Source of the DNA: a virus
Taxonomy: Duplodnaviria; Caudoviricetes
Length of the DNA stretch: 64,000 nucleotides
Direction: 5' to 3' (one strand)
IMG/VR virus record: IMGVR_UViG_2922690425_000004
Span: 32,001-96,000 of that record
In this document: one piece after another, positions 28,819-39,053 of the stretch
Layout of the letters: every line of letters begins with the position of its first letter
Position numbering within the stretch: the stretch's first letter is position 1
Notes under the pieces: generated by a model
The model's database searches: none
Seen by the model: the letters and a program-made list of their open reading frames with translations, nothing else
Told to the model about the DNA's origin: nothing
Translations under genes and position numbers: made by a program

Positions 28819-31800
28819 GTGATAACGATGTGGTATGGTGATAAAAGAGAAGCAAAAGTGAATATTGCTATGGCTTTAGTTAATAAAGGATGGAAGATTT
28901 ACGGCTGGAAAGATGATGAATCTGATGCAATGACAGATTACTTCAGCCCTGCTGATTGGGATGGCATTGCTGAAAAGAACGGCTATGTTCTTTGCATCGA
29001 TCAAAATAATACACGTTACAGTGGTTATGAACAAAAAGAATACATAAGTGGGCACTCTCAATATAAAACAAATGCACGGATTCAAAAACTTGAAGCTATG
29101 ATGAATGATACAGCGTCAACAGAAAATGAAAAAGCTTCATGCGCTGTACTGATTGAGAAAGAAAGAGAAAAAGATGCTTCATTTGAGAAGTGGAGAGTAA
29201 CCGAGGTATACCCTGAATTCTCTTTTGGGAACCCACGTGGGACTACTTGGCACATTGAAAAAGATGGGCAAATTATCGCTAAGGGCAAAGGAGTATTTTC
29301 GGTCAATGACTACGATTGGGAGAACAAAGAGAAAACCGAGAAGCAGCAAAAAGCTGAGAAAGTAGAAGCACTAGTTAAGCGATTTGAAAAAGCAATTAAA
29401 GATGCAGGCGCATTGAAAGCTGAAGTAATTAAAGTAGAAAAGAAAGTCATTAAACCAGTTGAAAAAGAAGATAAAACTATCAATGTTAACGATGTACTAT
29501 CTTTCTCTTATCATGGGCATTTTTGGGTAGTTACTGATATTTACACAAACTCCAAAAAACAGTCCTGTGTAACTTACGAACTTTTGGGAAGTGAAAAGAG
29601 AGGCTATCAACGACTAAATGGTATGAGTGTTAAACGTTATTATCAAACATCCGAGAGATTGAACAAAGGAATTGAAGAAGGAACTGTTAAAGTACACACG
29701 TTGCAGGAAGTTATAGAATACCAAGAAAAAACAGTATTCAAGAAGACATCTCGTAAACAAACTGTATCTAATGTCCCAGCTATTGAAACAACAGAAGATA
29801 CACAGGAAGAAACTAATGAAATTACTAATGAAATTACCAATGTGTCTACAGAAGTAACCGTAACATATAACAATGAGAAGCAAGGTATTGAGATCCGTTT
29901 CCCGTCAAAACCTGAAAGCAATATTATTGAACAACTTAAAGCTTATGGTTTTAGATGGTCTAAACGTGGGTTTTGGTATGCTAAACAGTCAGATAAAACA
30001 AATCAATTCGCAAGTTCATTGCAAGCGGACTATAACAATCATAACAACACCGAATTTAACGAAACGGTTAGTATTGCAGTGTTTGAAGATATTAATATTG
30101 ATGACCTTCACATGTACATTGTCTCAGATGAATTACAATCACGTTTACATTCATCTAGTCTGTTTCAGGTCGACTATAAAAAGGATTGTTTCAATACATT
30201 TAACGAACTCCAAAAAGCCGCTCTAAATGTGCTATCGCAAGCAGACAATGAATATCTTCAATACCAAATTAAAAAGTACTTACAATCCTTTAAGCAGCGT
30301 TATTATAAACAATACATTAAAATACTCAATCATCGCGTTAATAATCCTTCATGGGCTGTTACTGGTCGAGGTGGATTAAACGTTCAACGTTACAACAAAA
30401 TGCAAGACAGATATGGGAATATGTTAAGTCAGCTTTCGGATATGAAAAAAGAGTTTGATAATCGTATGGATAAATTTAAAACTAGAATTTTGAAATTAGA
30501 AAAAGAAAGATTAGCTAAAGAAGTTAATGAAGTTGTAGAAATACCAAAATTTAAGATAGATCGTAAGCAAATCACCTTAGCTGGCTATACAGAGACAACA
30601 AGAGTGTACACTTATAAAAACTATATGATTGCTAAGACGTGGGGAATGTATCGTGTTTTTAAGGATGGAAAAGAGGTTGACACAAACTTAAAAACCACTA
30701 GCCGACTAGATGAGGCCAAAAGATTTGTAGCATATTTAATTAGCAAGGATGAACCAACAAGAACGAATGAAAATAATGATAAAAGACGAATTTTACAAGA
30801 AGAATCAGAAAATAAAAATAGCAATCAGCAGCAATATATTAGCAAGATTAATAAGCAAATCGTGTCAGCACAAAAGAAATTGAATGCCTTGTCTGGCGAT
30901 CATTTAACTAACACATGGAAACGCCAGCAAGAAGCAGCAAGCCGAGAACAGAAAAAAGATAATTTGAACTTAGAAATTAGTATTCTGGAACATCTAAAAG
31001 AAAAGGCAACTAATAACATAATGGATGAATTCGAAATGGCTTTATTGGTAGGTAGTTTTAGAGAAGATATGAGAATTAAATATAAATCAAGAGGTAAACA
31101 CAATTATGAGGTAAAATATCCGACTATTAATCCAGATGCCGATGTTAACGGTTGGTGGAATCAAGAAGTTCCAAAATTGCAGAAGCGCTTGAACAAAGCA
31201 GGAATACACAATACAGAGCAATACAATGAAGCAATAGATAAATATGCTGCACTTGTAAAAGTTACAGAAAGACCAGTCAATCCAGTTCAACAGAAGATTA
31301 AGAAAATGGAAAGCGAAGTTAAGCTCTGTAAAATTGATGGATACTTTCCGACTCCTAAAACTATTGTAGAACGTATGATTGAGTTGGTTGATATACAAGA
31401 TGGTGAGACTATTTTAGAGCCAAGCGCAGGTAACGGCAATATATTAGACGGTGTAAACGAGTATATACAAGACAATAACCTAAATGCAGAATTGCACGGT
31501 ATTGAGTGGAATCATACGTTACGTCAGATTCTAGAGTTAAAACAATACAAGTTAGTTGCTAATGATTTTATCGAATTTACGCCATTTACTAAGTACAATA
31601 AAATAATTATGAATCCACCATTCGAAAAAAGCAAAGACGTTGATCACGTATTAAAAGCATACGACTGTCTTAAGGATGGAGGAAGGCTCATTGCTATAAT
31701 GTCACCACATTGGACATTCGCTAATGATACCAAGAGTATTCAGTTTCGTAACTGGTTAAATGACAAGGGATATTATGAGAAACTTCCAGAAGGTTCATTC

Positions 31801-31878
31801 AAGGAGTCGGGAACCGGGGTCAATACAGTGTTGGTAGTTATTGAAAAAGTTGAAGAAGAGAGAGTAAGAGTAAACTAA
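28819..31878 (+). CDS. Large multidomain protein with C-terminal amino-DNA methyltransferase domain
   Basis: YFPTP, ILEPSAGNG (SAM binding), IMNPPF and FKESGT motifs; N-terminal SDAMTDYF and GFRWS segments. Confidence 0.75.
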   Translation: MITMWYGDKREAKVNIAMALVNKGWKIYGWKDDESDAMTDYFSPADWDGIAEKNGYVLCIDQNNTRYSGYEQKEYISGHSQYKTNARIQKLEAMMNDTASTENEKASCAVLIEKEREKDASFEKWRVTEVYPEFSFGNPRGTTWHIEKDGQIIAKGKGVFSVNDYDWENKEKTEKQQKAEKVEALVKRFEKAIKDAGALKAEVIKVEKKVIKPVEKEDKTINVNDVLSFSYHGHFWVVTDIYTNSKKQSCVTYELLGSEKRGYQRLNGMSVKRYYQTSERLNKGIEEGTVKVHTLQEVIEYQEKTVFKKTSRKQTVSNVPAIETTEDTQEETNEITNEITNVSTEVTVTYNNEKQGIEIRFPSKPESNIIEQLKAYGFRWSKRGFWYAKQSDKTNQFASSLQADYNNHNNTEFNETVSIAVFEDINIDDLHMYIVSDELQSRLHSSSLFQVDYKKDCFNTFNELQKAALNVLSQADNEYLQYQIKKYLQSFKQRYYKQYIKILNHRVNNPSWAVTGRGGLNVQRYNKMQDRYGNMLSQLSDMKKEFDNRMDKFKTRILKLEKERLAKEVNEVVEIPKFKIDRKQITLAGYTETTRVYTYKNYMIAKTWGMYRVFKDGKEVDTNLKTTSRLDEAKRFVAYLISKDEPTRTNENNDKRRILQEESENKNSNQQQYISKINKQIVSAQKKLNALSGDHLTNTWKRQQEAASREQKKDNLNLEISILEHLKEKATNNIMDEFEMALLVGSFREDMRIKYKSRGKHNYEVKYPTINPDADVNGWWNQEVPKLQKRLNKAGIHNTEQYNEAIDKYAALVKVTERPVNPVQQKIKKMESEVKLCKIDGYFPTPKTIVERMIELVDIQDGETILEPSAGNGNILDGVNEYIQDNNLNAELHGIEWNHTLRQILELKQYKLVANDFIEFTPFTKYNKIIMNPPFEKSKDVDHVLKAYDCLKDGGRLIAIMSPHWTFANDTKSIQFRNWLNDKGYYEKLPEGSFKESGTGVNTVLVVIEKVEEERVRVN

Positions 31879-31914
31879 TGATTTAGAATTTGAGGGAGGA
31901 AAGGCGGTGGTTAC

Positions 31915-32118
31915 ATGAGAAAGAATAAACCTCAGAGAAAGCCTGCTGGCGTATCACGGCTATATTGGAGCTATTTACAGGGGAACTTAGATCTTGCTGA
32001 ATTAACTCTAAAACAATTTAATCAGATTGTACTGGAGCAATACATAGAATATAAACAGCATGGTGGATATAAGTCTTTTGAAGAGTATTACGCCTATGTT
32101 CAGTCTAAAGGGTTATAA
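31915..32118 (+). CDS. Hypothetical protein
   Basis: 67 aa; its stop codon is the TAA of a TAAAA-N6-TTTTA site. Confidence 0.5.
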   Translation: MRKNKPQRKPAGVSRLYWSYLQGNLDLAELTLKQFNQIVLEQYIEYKQHGGYKSFEEYYAYVQSKGL

Positions 32119-32255
32119 AACTGATATTTTACTGAAATTTATAGGGTAATTATGTACAAATCCAATATACAAAAATAAATAAACTATTGAATATAATGAA
32201 ATGACGTGGTATAATAAACACATAAGATAAGTTAATACATAGGAGGCGGTTCACA

Positions 32256-32543
32256 ATGGAATGGGATTATGAGCGCTCTGAAAGAATTAAGGCAGCTAAA
32301 CAGGAGAGACTTGAACAAGAGAAGTGCGCGAAATATACAGAGGTCAAACTTGAGGGGACAGCAGCTATTCAAACAGGATATACTAAACTCGGTAAAAAAG
32401 TTGTATTTGAATCTTGTATGGGGTTTTCGTCTCAAAGCAAGTACGGTGCTGGCACTTTAAGTGTTTATGAAGGAGACGAAAGAAAAATAGTTTTCACAAA
32501 AGGATATCCATCTAAAGCTCTTGATTATATGATGAAACATTAA
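32256..32543 (+). CDS. Hypothetical protein
   Basis: AGGAGG RBS; own TTGAAT/TG-TATAAT promoter. Confidence 0.6.
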   Translation: MEWDYERSERIKAAKQERLEQEKCAKYTEVKLEGTAAIQTGYTKLGKKVVFESCMGFSSQSKYGAGTLSVYEGDERKIVFTKGYPSKALDYMMKH

Positions 32544-32624
32544 AAAACAATCGAGACATAGTATAGTGCAAGTAACAATGTACTGTAACGATTTAAAATA
32601 CTCATTTTATAAGGAGATGTAACT

Positions 32625-32909
32625 ATGAATAATATGTTTCAGATTGATAGAATCAATGAATTACAAGGAATCAATACAAAAGAATTAAATATGTTTAGCT
32701 TACATGAACTGTATGTTGATGGCGTTCCAATTGCTTATGTTCGTATAAATAATGAAAAGATTGAAGTTTTGCCATTTTTAAAATTTGCTGCTGAACCTTG
32801 TAAAGCATTATTCGTAAATACGGAAGAATTTGGTGAAATGATTGAGGGGTATAGGGTTATGGATTGTTTGATGTACAATAGTTCGAATTTTTCAAATAAA
32901 ACACATTAG
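32625..32909 (+). CDS. Hypothetical protein
   Basis: AAGGAG RBS. Confidence 0.55.
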   Translation: MNNMFQIDRINELQGINTKELNMFSLHELYVDGVPIAYVRINNEKIEVLPFLKFAAEPCKALFVNTEEFGEMIEGYRVMDCLMYNSSNFSNKTH

Positions 32910-32956
32910 GATAAATGAGTGAATTTATAGAGATATAGAAGAGAGGTGGAGTATGA

Positions 32957-33142
32957 ATGATATTCCAAAAAACAAAATACTACCCAGTAGATGTGCAAAG
33001 AAGGATTATATACAACGATCCAGCAAAGCGAGAAAGAGAATGTAGCGTGGAGCGTGGTTATCGCGAGAAAGGAACTATTGGTATTAAGGGTGAGAGATTA
33101 AACATGTTTGATTGCTACAAACAGTTCGAAATAACTGTATAA
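32957..33142 (+). CDS. Hypothetical protein
   Basis: GAGGTGGAG RBS; stop codon within junction motif. Confidence 0.5.
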   Translation: MIFQKTKYYPVDVQRRIIYNDPAKRERECSVERGYREKGTIGIKGERLNMFDCYKQFEITV

Positions 33143-33478
33143 AATTCTTGTTTTACTTAGAAACGAACGTATAAATATTCAACATTAAGAGTATATTACT
33201 CGAAATTAATGATAAATACATACGTATTAATGTATATTTATAAATAAATCAAAGGATAGTGTATTATATGCAGATTGTGCAGATTAATAATTACAGGCAT
33301 GTACCAGAACTAGAACGTATCTCAGGTTCATGGATTATAACCCGTATCGATGGCGGCTATGTTATTGGTGAATTTTATGATCGTTCAGTTGCTAATCGGT
33401 TTATACTGAAACTTGTCTGATTGAAACATCATTACAATACATAGTACGAATCTAAAAGAAAATTAACATCAAATCTTT

Positions 33479-33895
33479 TCATTTGATGTTAAATAGTTGT
33501 TTTATATAATTAACTAGTAATCCAGAGCCTGTGTTTGATGCAAAACTAATTAGGTGGTTAATCAACCATGCTTTTCTTCCTTTTGGTTTTTGGTTGTCCA
33601 TGATCTCTCTTAATATGCTTATTATTTCACTAAATTGGGCACTACTGAGATATTCCTTTTGAGCAATATTACCAATATTCTCAGAAATAAAATCCCAATC
33701 TCTTACTAAGACAGCTATTTTTTTACCTAGGATTATGGAATTTGTCGAAACAAAAGAACTGTCTTCACTTAATTTTAAATCTAAACCTACTTCTCCATAC
33801 ACCGTGCTTCCAATTAGTTCAATGTCATGCGTACCTTCTGCACGGATACCACATTCAGTTCCGCCAAAGGAACATCCAACAATTTTATATTTCAT
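33479..33895 (-). CDS. Hypothetical protein, paralog of 34090-34506
   Basis: 138 aa; shares DIELIG, KIAVL.RDW and GSGLL..YIKQLF blocks. Confidence 0.65.
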   Translation of the reverse strand: MKYKIVGCSFGGTECGIRAEGTHDIELIGSTVYGEVGLDLKLSEDSSFVSTNSIILGKKIAVLVRDWDFISENIGNIAQKEYLSSAQFSEIISILREIMDNQKPKGRKAWLINHLISFASNTGSGLLVNYIKQLFNIK

Positions 33896-34032
33896 GTTAA
33901 TAGTGCCCCCAATTATATATATCGATTAGTTAAGTAGTATAGGTGGTTGGGAAATTAAAGTGAAAATGAATTTTGTTATTTATATAATTTTATAACATAA
34001 CATATCTTATAGGCTGCTTTTTAAGTTACTAA

Positions 34033-34082
34033 ATATGCTTGCTTTATAACTTCTCGTTCGTGTTGTTATAAAGCAAGCATAT
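34033..34082. repeat. Perfect 18-bp inverted repeat
   Basis: ATATGCTTGCTTTATAAC-14-GTTATAAAGCAAGCATAT between the paralogs. Confidence 0.8.
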
Positions 34083-34089
34083 CTATAGA

Positions 34090-34506
34090 TTAAAATTTGG
34101 AGAAAAGCTGCTTGATATAAACAACAAGCAATCCAGAACCTATACTCGACACAAAATTAATTAACTTATCTATCAATAGCTTTTGCATTTCCTTCGATTT
34201 TTCAGTATCTTTTATTTCAATTAACCTGTTTAGCACTTCACTGTATTGTGCCTCGTTCAGTCCATCTTGCTTTGCATAACTTGCAACATCATCTACTATA
34301 GAATTCCAATCCCTAATTAGAACAGCTATTTTCCTACCTTCAATTGCGGTATCTGTAGAAATAAAGTTACTTTCTTTACTTAGGTTTAAATCTAATGCTA
34401 CATCTCCTACTACTTTAGTTCCTATAAGCTCGATATCGTTGTTGCCATTAGCGATTAACCCCTTTTGCCCACCCATTAAGTAACCACCAATAAATTTATA
34501 CGCCAT
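34090..34506 (-). CDS. Hypothetical protein, paralog of 33479-33895
   Basis: 138 aa, colinear with neighbour; GAGGAG RBS. Confidence 0.65.
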   Translation of the reverse strand: MAYKFIGGYLMGGQKGLIANGNNDIELIGTKVVGDVALDLNLSKESNFISTDTAIEGRKIAVLIRDWNSIVDDVASYAKQDGLNEAQYSEVLNRLIEIKDTEKSKEMQKLLIDKLINFVSSIGSGLLVVYIKQLFSKF

Positions 34507-34730
34507 TGGCTCAACTCCTCATTTTGCTATCATAGCAATAGTATAAAAGAGTAATGTATGTATGTAAACATTTAGAGTTGTTATGAGAATAAAACCAGTT
34601 TTTTATAGTAAGGTGTTATTAAAAAAATAAATTGCCAATCAAGGTTCTGTATATAAAATTTTAGACACGTAGACACGTAGATCTAGTATAATGAGGAAAT
34701 GATAGATCATATAACAGGGGGTTGGGGATT

Positions 34731-35318
34731 GTGAGTTTCGTTTCTATTATTGTTTGCAATGATTATTTGTCTGTTGTCGCTGATAGTCGAGCTGTCAATA
34801 CTATTAGTGGAGAAATCGACAATGAATACGAACAGAAGATTTTTGAAATCGGTGAGTATGTATTCATTGTCAATACAGGTTATATAAGCGATGCCGCACA
34901 ATTTTTATTAAACTCTAAACTAGATCAGTCGGTTGTGTTAAATGGATTATTAAAAGACGAGAAGGAGATCAGAAACTGGTTTAATACTATTAAGGATTAT
35001 ACTAAAACTGATTCTTTTTTTGAAGTAAAATTTGGTGGTCTCTCGGTTGAAAATAAATTTCAAGTGTATACAATTAGCAGCAAAGAAGACGATATTATAA
35101 AAATAAATTACACTAATTCTGGAATAGGATATTCATTTGCTAGCAGCCCACACACCCCTAACGATTTGCCTTTAAAGCTATTTGCACAACAATATCAAAA
35201 TTTAAAGGAAGATAATTTGGAATCAGTTCGTAAATTACAAGAATCTATAAACGACTATATTGCAAATAACGATCCCACTGTAAATAAAAATAAATCATAT
35301 TATTCTTTAGTTAAGTAG
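34731..35318 (+). CDS. Putative Ntn-hydrolase/proteasome-beta-like protein
   Basis: (M)SFVSII...VVADSR...QKIF pattern. Confidence 0.4.
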   Translation: MSFVSIIVCNDYLSVVADSRAVNTISGEIDNEYEQKIFEIGEYVFIVNTGYISDAAQFLLNSKLDQSVVLNGLLKDEKEIRNWFNTIKDYTKTDSFFEVKFGGLSVENKFQVYTISSKEDDIIKINYTNSGIGYSFASSPHTPNDLPLKLFAQQYQNLKEDNLESVRKLQESINDYIANNDPTVNKNKSYYSLVK

Positions 35319-35535
35319 AACATGGAACTCCATTAGTTAATCAACGTATATATGACAAAGATTTTAGATATAATAAAATGTTACTTTTACAAACTAGGTA
35401 TATGCCTAGTTTTTTGTTATACGGCTAAAAAAACTAAAATACAAATATAATTAAATATTGACAATCTAATTGTGTGGTGATAATATTATATATATAGAAA
35501 GTGATTAAAATAAATTTTAATAGCGAGGTGAACGC

Positions 35536-35712
35536 ATGACATTGAGAGAAAGAACACTTCAATTAATCAGTGATAAAGGAATTAAAAAATCCTTTATAGC
35601 TGGTAAATTGAGTATCAGTAATTCGTTATTCTCACTATTTATCAATGGGAAACAGCCTCTACAGAAACCTGAAATAATTAAACTGGAAGAGTTAATTGAA
35701 TCGTACAAATGA
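35536..35712 (+). CDS. Small Cro-like HTH protein (58 aa)
   Basis: Hand translation MTLRERTLQLISDKGIKKSFIAGKLSISNSLFSLFINGKQPL...; GAGGTG RBS; TTGACA promoter upstream. Confidence 0.65.
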   Translation: MTLRERTLQLISDKGIKKSFIAGKLSISNSLFSLFINGKQPLQKPEIIKLEELIESYK

Positions 35713-35746
35713 TGATGAATAAATACAATTAAAAGGAGAATTAAAC

Positions 35747-36802
35747 ATGGGAGCATTATTGAAATTACACGCAGAAAACTTTGTGGAAGATAGAAATGTT
35801 AGAGATCAATACATAAATAAAACTGAAGTATTACAGAAGGTAAAGTCGCTTTCACTGTTGCCAGATAATCAACATATGACAGTAAAAGCAGTTGCTGAAT
35901 ACTATGAAGTTGAATATCAAACTATTATAAATGTCCTTAATAGACACAAATCAGAGTTTGAAAAAGATGGTGTTAAAACTATAAACAATAAAGATGAGGG
36001 TTATTTCAAAGTGAAAGAAGCCTTGTCTACTGGGCAATTTATAGTTAAACTAGTACCGCGTAAAGCGATTTTAAGAATTGGAATGTTGTTAAGAGATAGT
36101 AAGGTGGCAATTAAGGTTAGAGATTATTTACTAAGAGTTGAAGAAGTGTCAACTGAGGAACAAAAGAGAAGTTTATGGTCTGATCATGATGTAATAAAAT
36201 TAAATGACATAATGAAAGATGAAATGAGTAAGGGAAATAGTAAATGGGGGGCTATCAGGAAAGCCGCTAAGGCATTCAATAAAAATCCTCACGCTGTGTA
36301 CCAGAAATATTTGTACGTAACTAAGAAACACGGATCTATGGACGAATATATAAATAAAAATAATTTGTTGTTTTTGAATAAAGAATCTGAGGAAATTCAC
36401 AATGGAGAAGTTGAAGTAATTGACCAGACACCAAAGCAAGAAGCGCAAAACTCCCCATTAGTAGGAGCCTTTCAAACAAAAATAAACAGAATATTATATA
36501 ATATGAAAAATACCAATGAACTTGAAGCAACAATAAATGAACTTAAATTAGAAGTAAAAGAATTAAAACATAATTTACAAATTAGAGATATAGAAATAGC
36601 TACATTTGATGAAAGTCTTGCTAAAAGAGATAGAATTATAAGCAAACTCAAAAAAGAAAAATTAGCTTTAGAAACTAGTGTAAAAGCAATTCGAAAAATA
36701 GTTTTAAATGGCACAAAAACAAGCAATATTGAAGAAAATAGCAAGCCTGAAGGACTTATCTATACACATGATAAGAGTGGTATAGTGGAGGTAAAAAACT
36801 AA
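35747..36802 (+). CDS. Antirepressor-like DNA-binding protein with coiled coil
   Basis: VAEYYEV...LRIGMLLRDSKVAIKVRDYLL N-terminal domain typical of phage antirepressors. Confidence 0.55.
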   Translation: MGALLKLHAENFVEDRNVRDQYINKTEVLQKVKSLSLLPDNQHMTVKAVAEYYEVEYQTIINVLNRHKSEFEKDGVKTINNKDEGYFKVKEALSTGQFIVKLVPRKAILRIGMLLRDSKVAIKVRDYLLRVEEVSTEEQKRSLWSDHDVIKLNDIMKDEMSKGNSKWGAIRKAAKAFNKNPHAVYQKYLYVTKKHGSMDEYINKNNLLFLNKESEEIHNGEVEVIDQTPKQEAQNSPLVGAFQTKINRILYNMKNTNELEATINELKLEVKELKHNLQIRDIEIATFDESLAKRDRIISKLKKEKLALETSVKAIRKIVLNGTKTSNIEENSKPEGLIYTHDKSGIVEVKN

Positions 36803-36992
36803 TAGATTAGTAACGATTAACTGGGTGTATATTACCCAGTTTTTTTCTTTGTTTAATTCCTAAATATAAAAATAATTAAATATTGTAATCAATAATTATG
36901 TGTGATATAATAAACCTAACAAAAAGAAACGGCGTATTGTAACCAGTAGCACCGTAATGTAAGGGGTAAAACAACGATTTTATAAGAAATGA

Positions 36993-37358
36993 GTGAGTAA
37001 TGTGGGAGCAAATAAGGAGAAGCAAAATATAAGATATAAAGCAGTATCCCGTAGAACTGAAAAGAAAGTTCGATTTGATGGCTTTACACCAGAAGAAATA
37101 AAAAACATAAAGTTGCAGAAGAATTATGAACGCTTTGAAAAAGAAATAAATAATTTCTGGGCAACTGCCCCAAGATGCGATAACGGATCAGTAGCTTGGG
37201 AAAGACTTAGTGAAGATGAATTAAATCTCTTTGAATATATTAATAAGCAAAAAGAAAAGTATAATAAACAAATCGTCAAGTATGAAGAACAGGGCATTGT
37301 CATAGATAAGATTATGAATATGTTTATGAAGCTTAATGTGCAGAGTGTTTCTTATTAA
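36993..37358 (+). CDS. Hypothetical protein
   Basis: 121-aa ORF bracketed by junction motifs. Confidence 0.55.
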   Translation: MSNVGANKEKQNIRYKAVSRRTEKKVRFDGFTPEEIKNIKLQKNYERFEKEINNFWATAPRCDNGSVAWERLSEDELNLFEYINKQKEKYNKQIVKYEEQGIVIDKIMNMFMKLNVQSVSY

Positions 37359-37480
37359 ATAAAAACAGGAATTTATCACATTTTCAAATGAAAGAAGGTT
37401 ATATTTTGAAAGATGAGATTCTGAATCATAGCGAAAAACAGGTTGTTCTTTATTCTAAAGGACATTTTTAAAAAACAGAT

Positions 37481-37774
37481 ATGCTTGAGGATATCAGACA
37501 AATTACAGCAAAAGCGTTTTCTATTCCAGTTGAATCAACTCACTTTTATCATCTGTATAATTATATTACATCAATCTTTTTGAAATTACATGAAGCGGAA
37601 TACATAACGGAAAGCATGGAGAACTTTTTGTGCAGTCTCTTTAAGTGGAAATCTGTTTTAAAGCCTGAAGACATGGTAACTAAAATGATTGGACAAATAT
37701 CTATAGTCAAGGCTTCAGGATTAGATCTTGGCGAGGCAGATGATGAGTATTTACCGATAAAAAGAAGAAGTTAA
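37481..37774 (+). CDS. Hypothetical protein
   Basis: 97-aa ORF. Confidence 0.45.
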   Translation: MLEDIRQITAKAFSIPVESTHFYHLYNYITSIFLKLHEAEYITESMENFLCSLFKWKSVLKPEDMVTKMIGQISIVKASGLDLGEADDEYLPIKRRS

Positions 37775-37815
37775 GTTTGAAATAAAACAGTTATTTTACA
37801 TGAAAAAATATTATT

Positions 37816-38727
37816 ATGGAGGTTGTATCAATGATGAAAAACATGAAAACTTGTGCACTATGTAAAACAACTAAGGAACTAAGAAAGAGTCATGTATTGC
37901 CAAAGTTTGTGATAAATTTTTTGAAAAAAGATTCATTTACAAACAAATTTAGAAATTTAGAAAACTCCAACATCTCCAGACAAGATGGAGAAAAAGAATA
38001 TCTCCTTTGTAATGACTGCGAACAATTGTTTAGTGTATCTGAGAATTTGTTTGCAAAGAATGTTTTTTATCCGTTTAAGAAGCAAACTTTAGTTAGTAAA
38101 CTCAAATATCAAGAATGGTTAACAAAGTTTATCGTATCAGTTAACTGGAGATGTTTATATTTAGACATTTTGAGAATAGAACAAGATCGAGAAGAACGAG
38201 GGAAAATTAGTACGTCTCAGTTAGATATTTTAAAGGACTCTGAAATGGTTATGAGTGAATTTTTATTGGGAAATAGAGTAGATCTGGGAAGTATTGAAAA
38301 CCATATTTTTTTCTTTGATGAAGTAAAGAGCATGAATGAAAATTTAACACTTCATAGACCTCACAGCTCAGTCCATGGCTCTATAGGTGGTTACACAGTT
38401 TGGAATGAGGATTCAATATGTGTATTTACAAATCTAGCAGGTGTATTTATTATAACAATTTTTAAAAAGGGTAAGAGTGAGAAATGGAAAAATACTTATG
38501 TTAAAAAAAGTTCGGGCGTCATTAGGATTCCTCAATTTATCAAGGGGACATTAATAGCCAATGAACTCACTTTTCTGAATAATAGTTTGAAGTACAATAA
38601 TTTATCAGATAAGCAACGAAATAAAATAGTGGAACACATTTCTTCCAATATCGATAAATTTAAAGCGAGTGGCTCATATAAGCGGTATGTGAAAGATAAG
38701 AATTTAAATACTACAAATGAAATTTAA
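37816..38727 (+). CDS. Zn-binding HNH-like protein
   Basis: CALC...SHVLPKF...LLCNDCEQLFS. Confidence 0.55.
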   Translation: MEVVSMMKNMKTCALCKTTKELRKSHVLPKFVINFLKKDSFTNKFRNLENSNISRQDGEKEYLLCNDCEQLFSVSENLFAKNVFYPFKKQTLVSKLKYQEWLTKFIVSVNWRCLYLDILRIEQDREERGKISTSQLDILKDSEMVMSEFLLGNRVDLGSIENHIFFFDEVKSMNENLTLHRPHSSVHGSIGGYTVWNEDSICVFTNLAGVFIITIFKKGKSEKWKNTYVKKSSGVIRIPQFIKGTLIANELTFLNNSLKYNNLSDKQRNKIVEHISSNIDKFKASGSYKRYVKDKNLNTTNEI

Positions 38728-39053
38728 ATAAAAGTTGAATTTTACTAATTAAAAATACATATCAAGGTGGATAAACAATGAATAAACATTCGAATATTAG
38801 GAAGGTTATTCCTATAAGTGTAGCGATTTATGTGATTTTATCCATAGGAATAGCGTGTACAGGTCTGAGTGCAGCTGTTAGATGCTGACTATTTTACTTG
38901 GACTAGCAGCAGTACATAGTGTACTTGTATTGAATTTGTATTTTAGCATCAGAACAACTAAGAGTGAAAAGTTTATTAAATAAGCTGCTATGACAGGGAG
39001 GGAGTAAGCAGGGTGAGATTGCCTGACATAATCATAAAAGGGGATATACATAA

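Noticed and set aside
28819-31878. Restriction-modification system
   Set aside because: No nuclease or helicase motifs and no partner gene.
34662-34683. TAGACACG tandem duplication
   Set aside because: Two 8-mers only; probably slippage.
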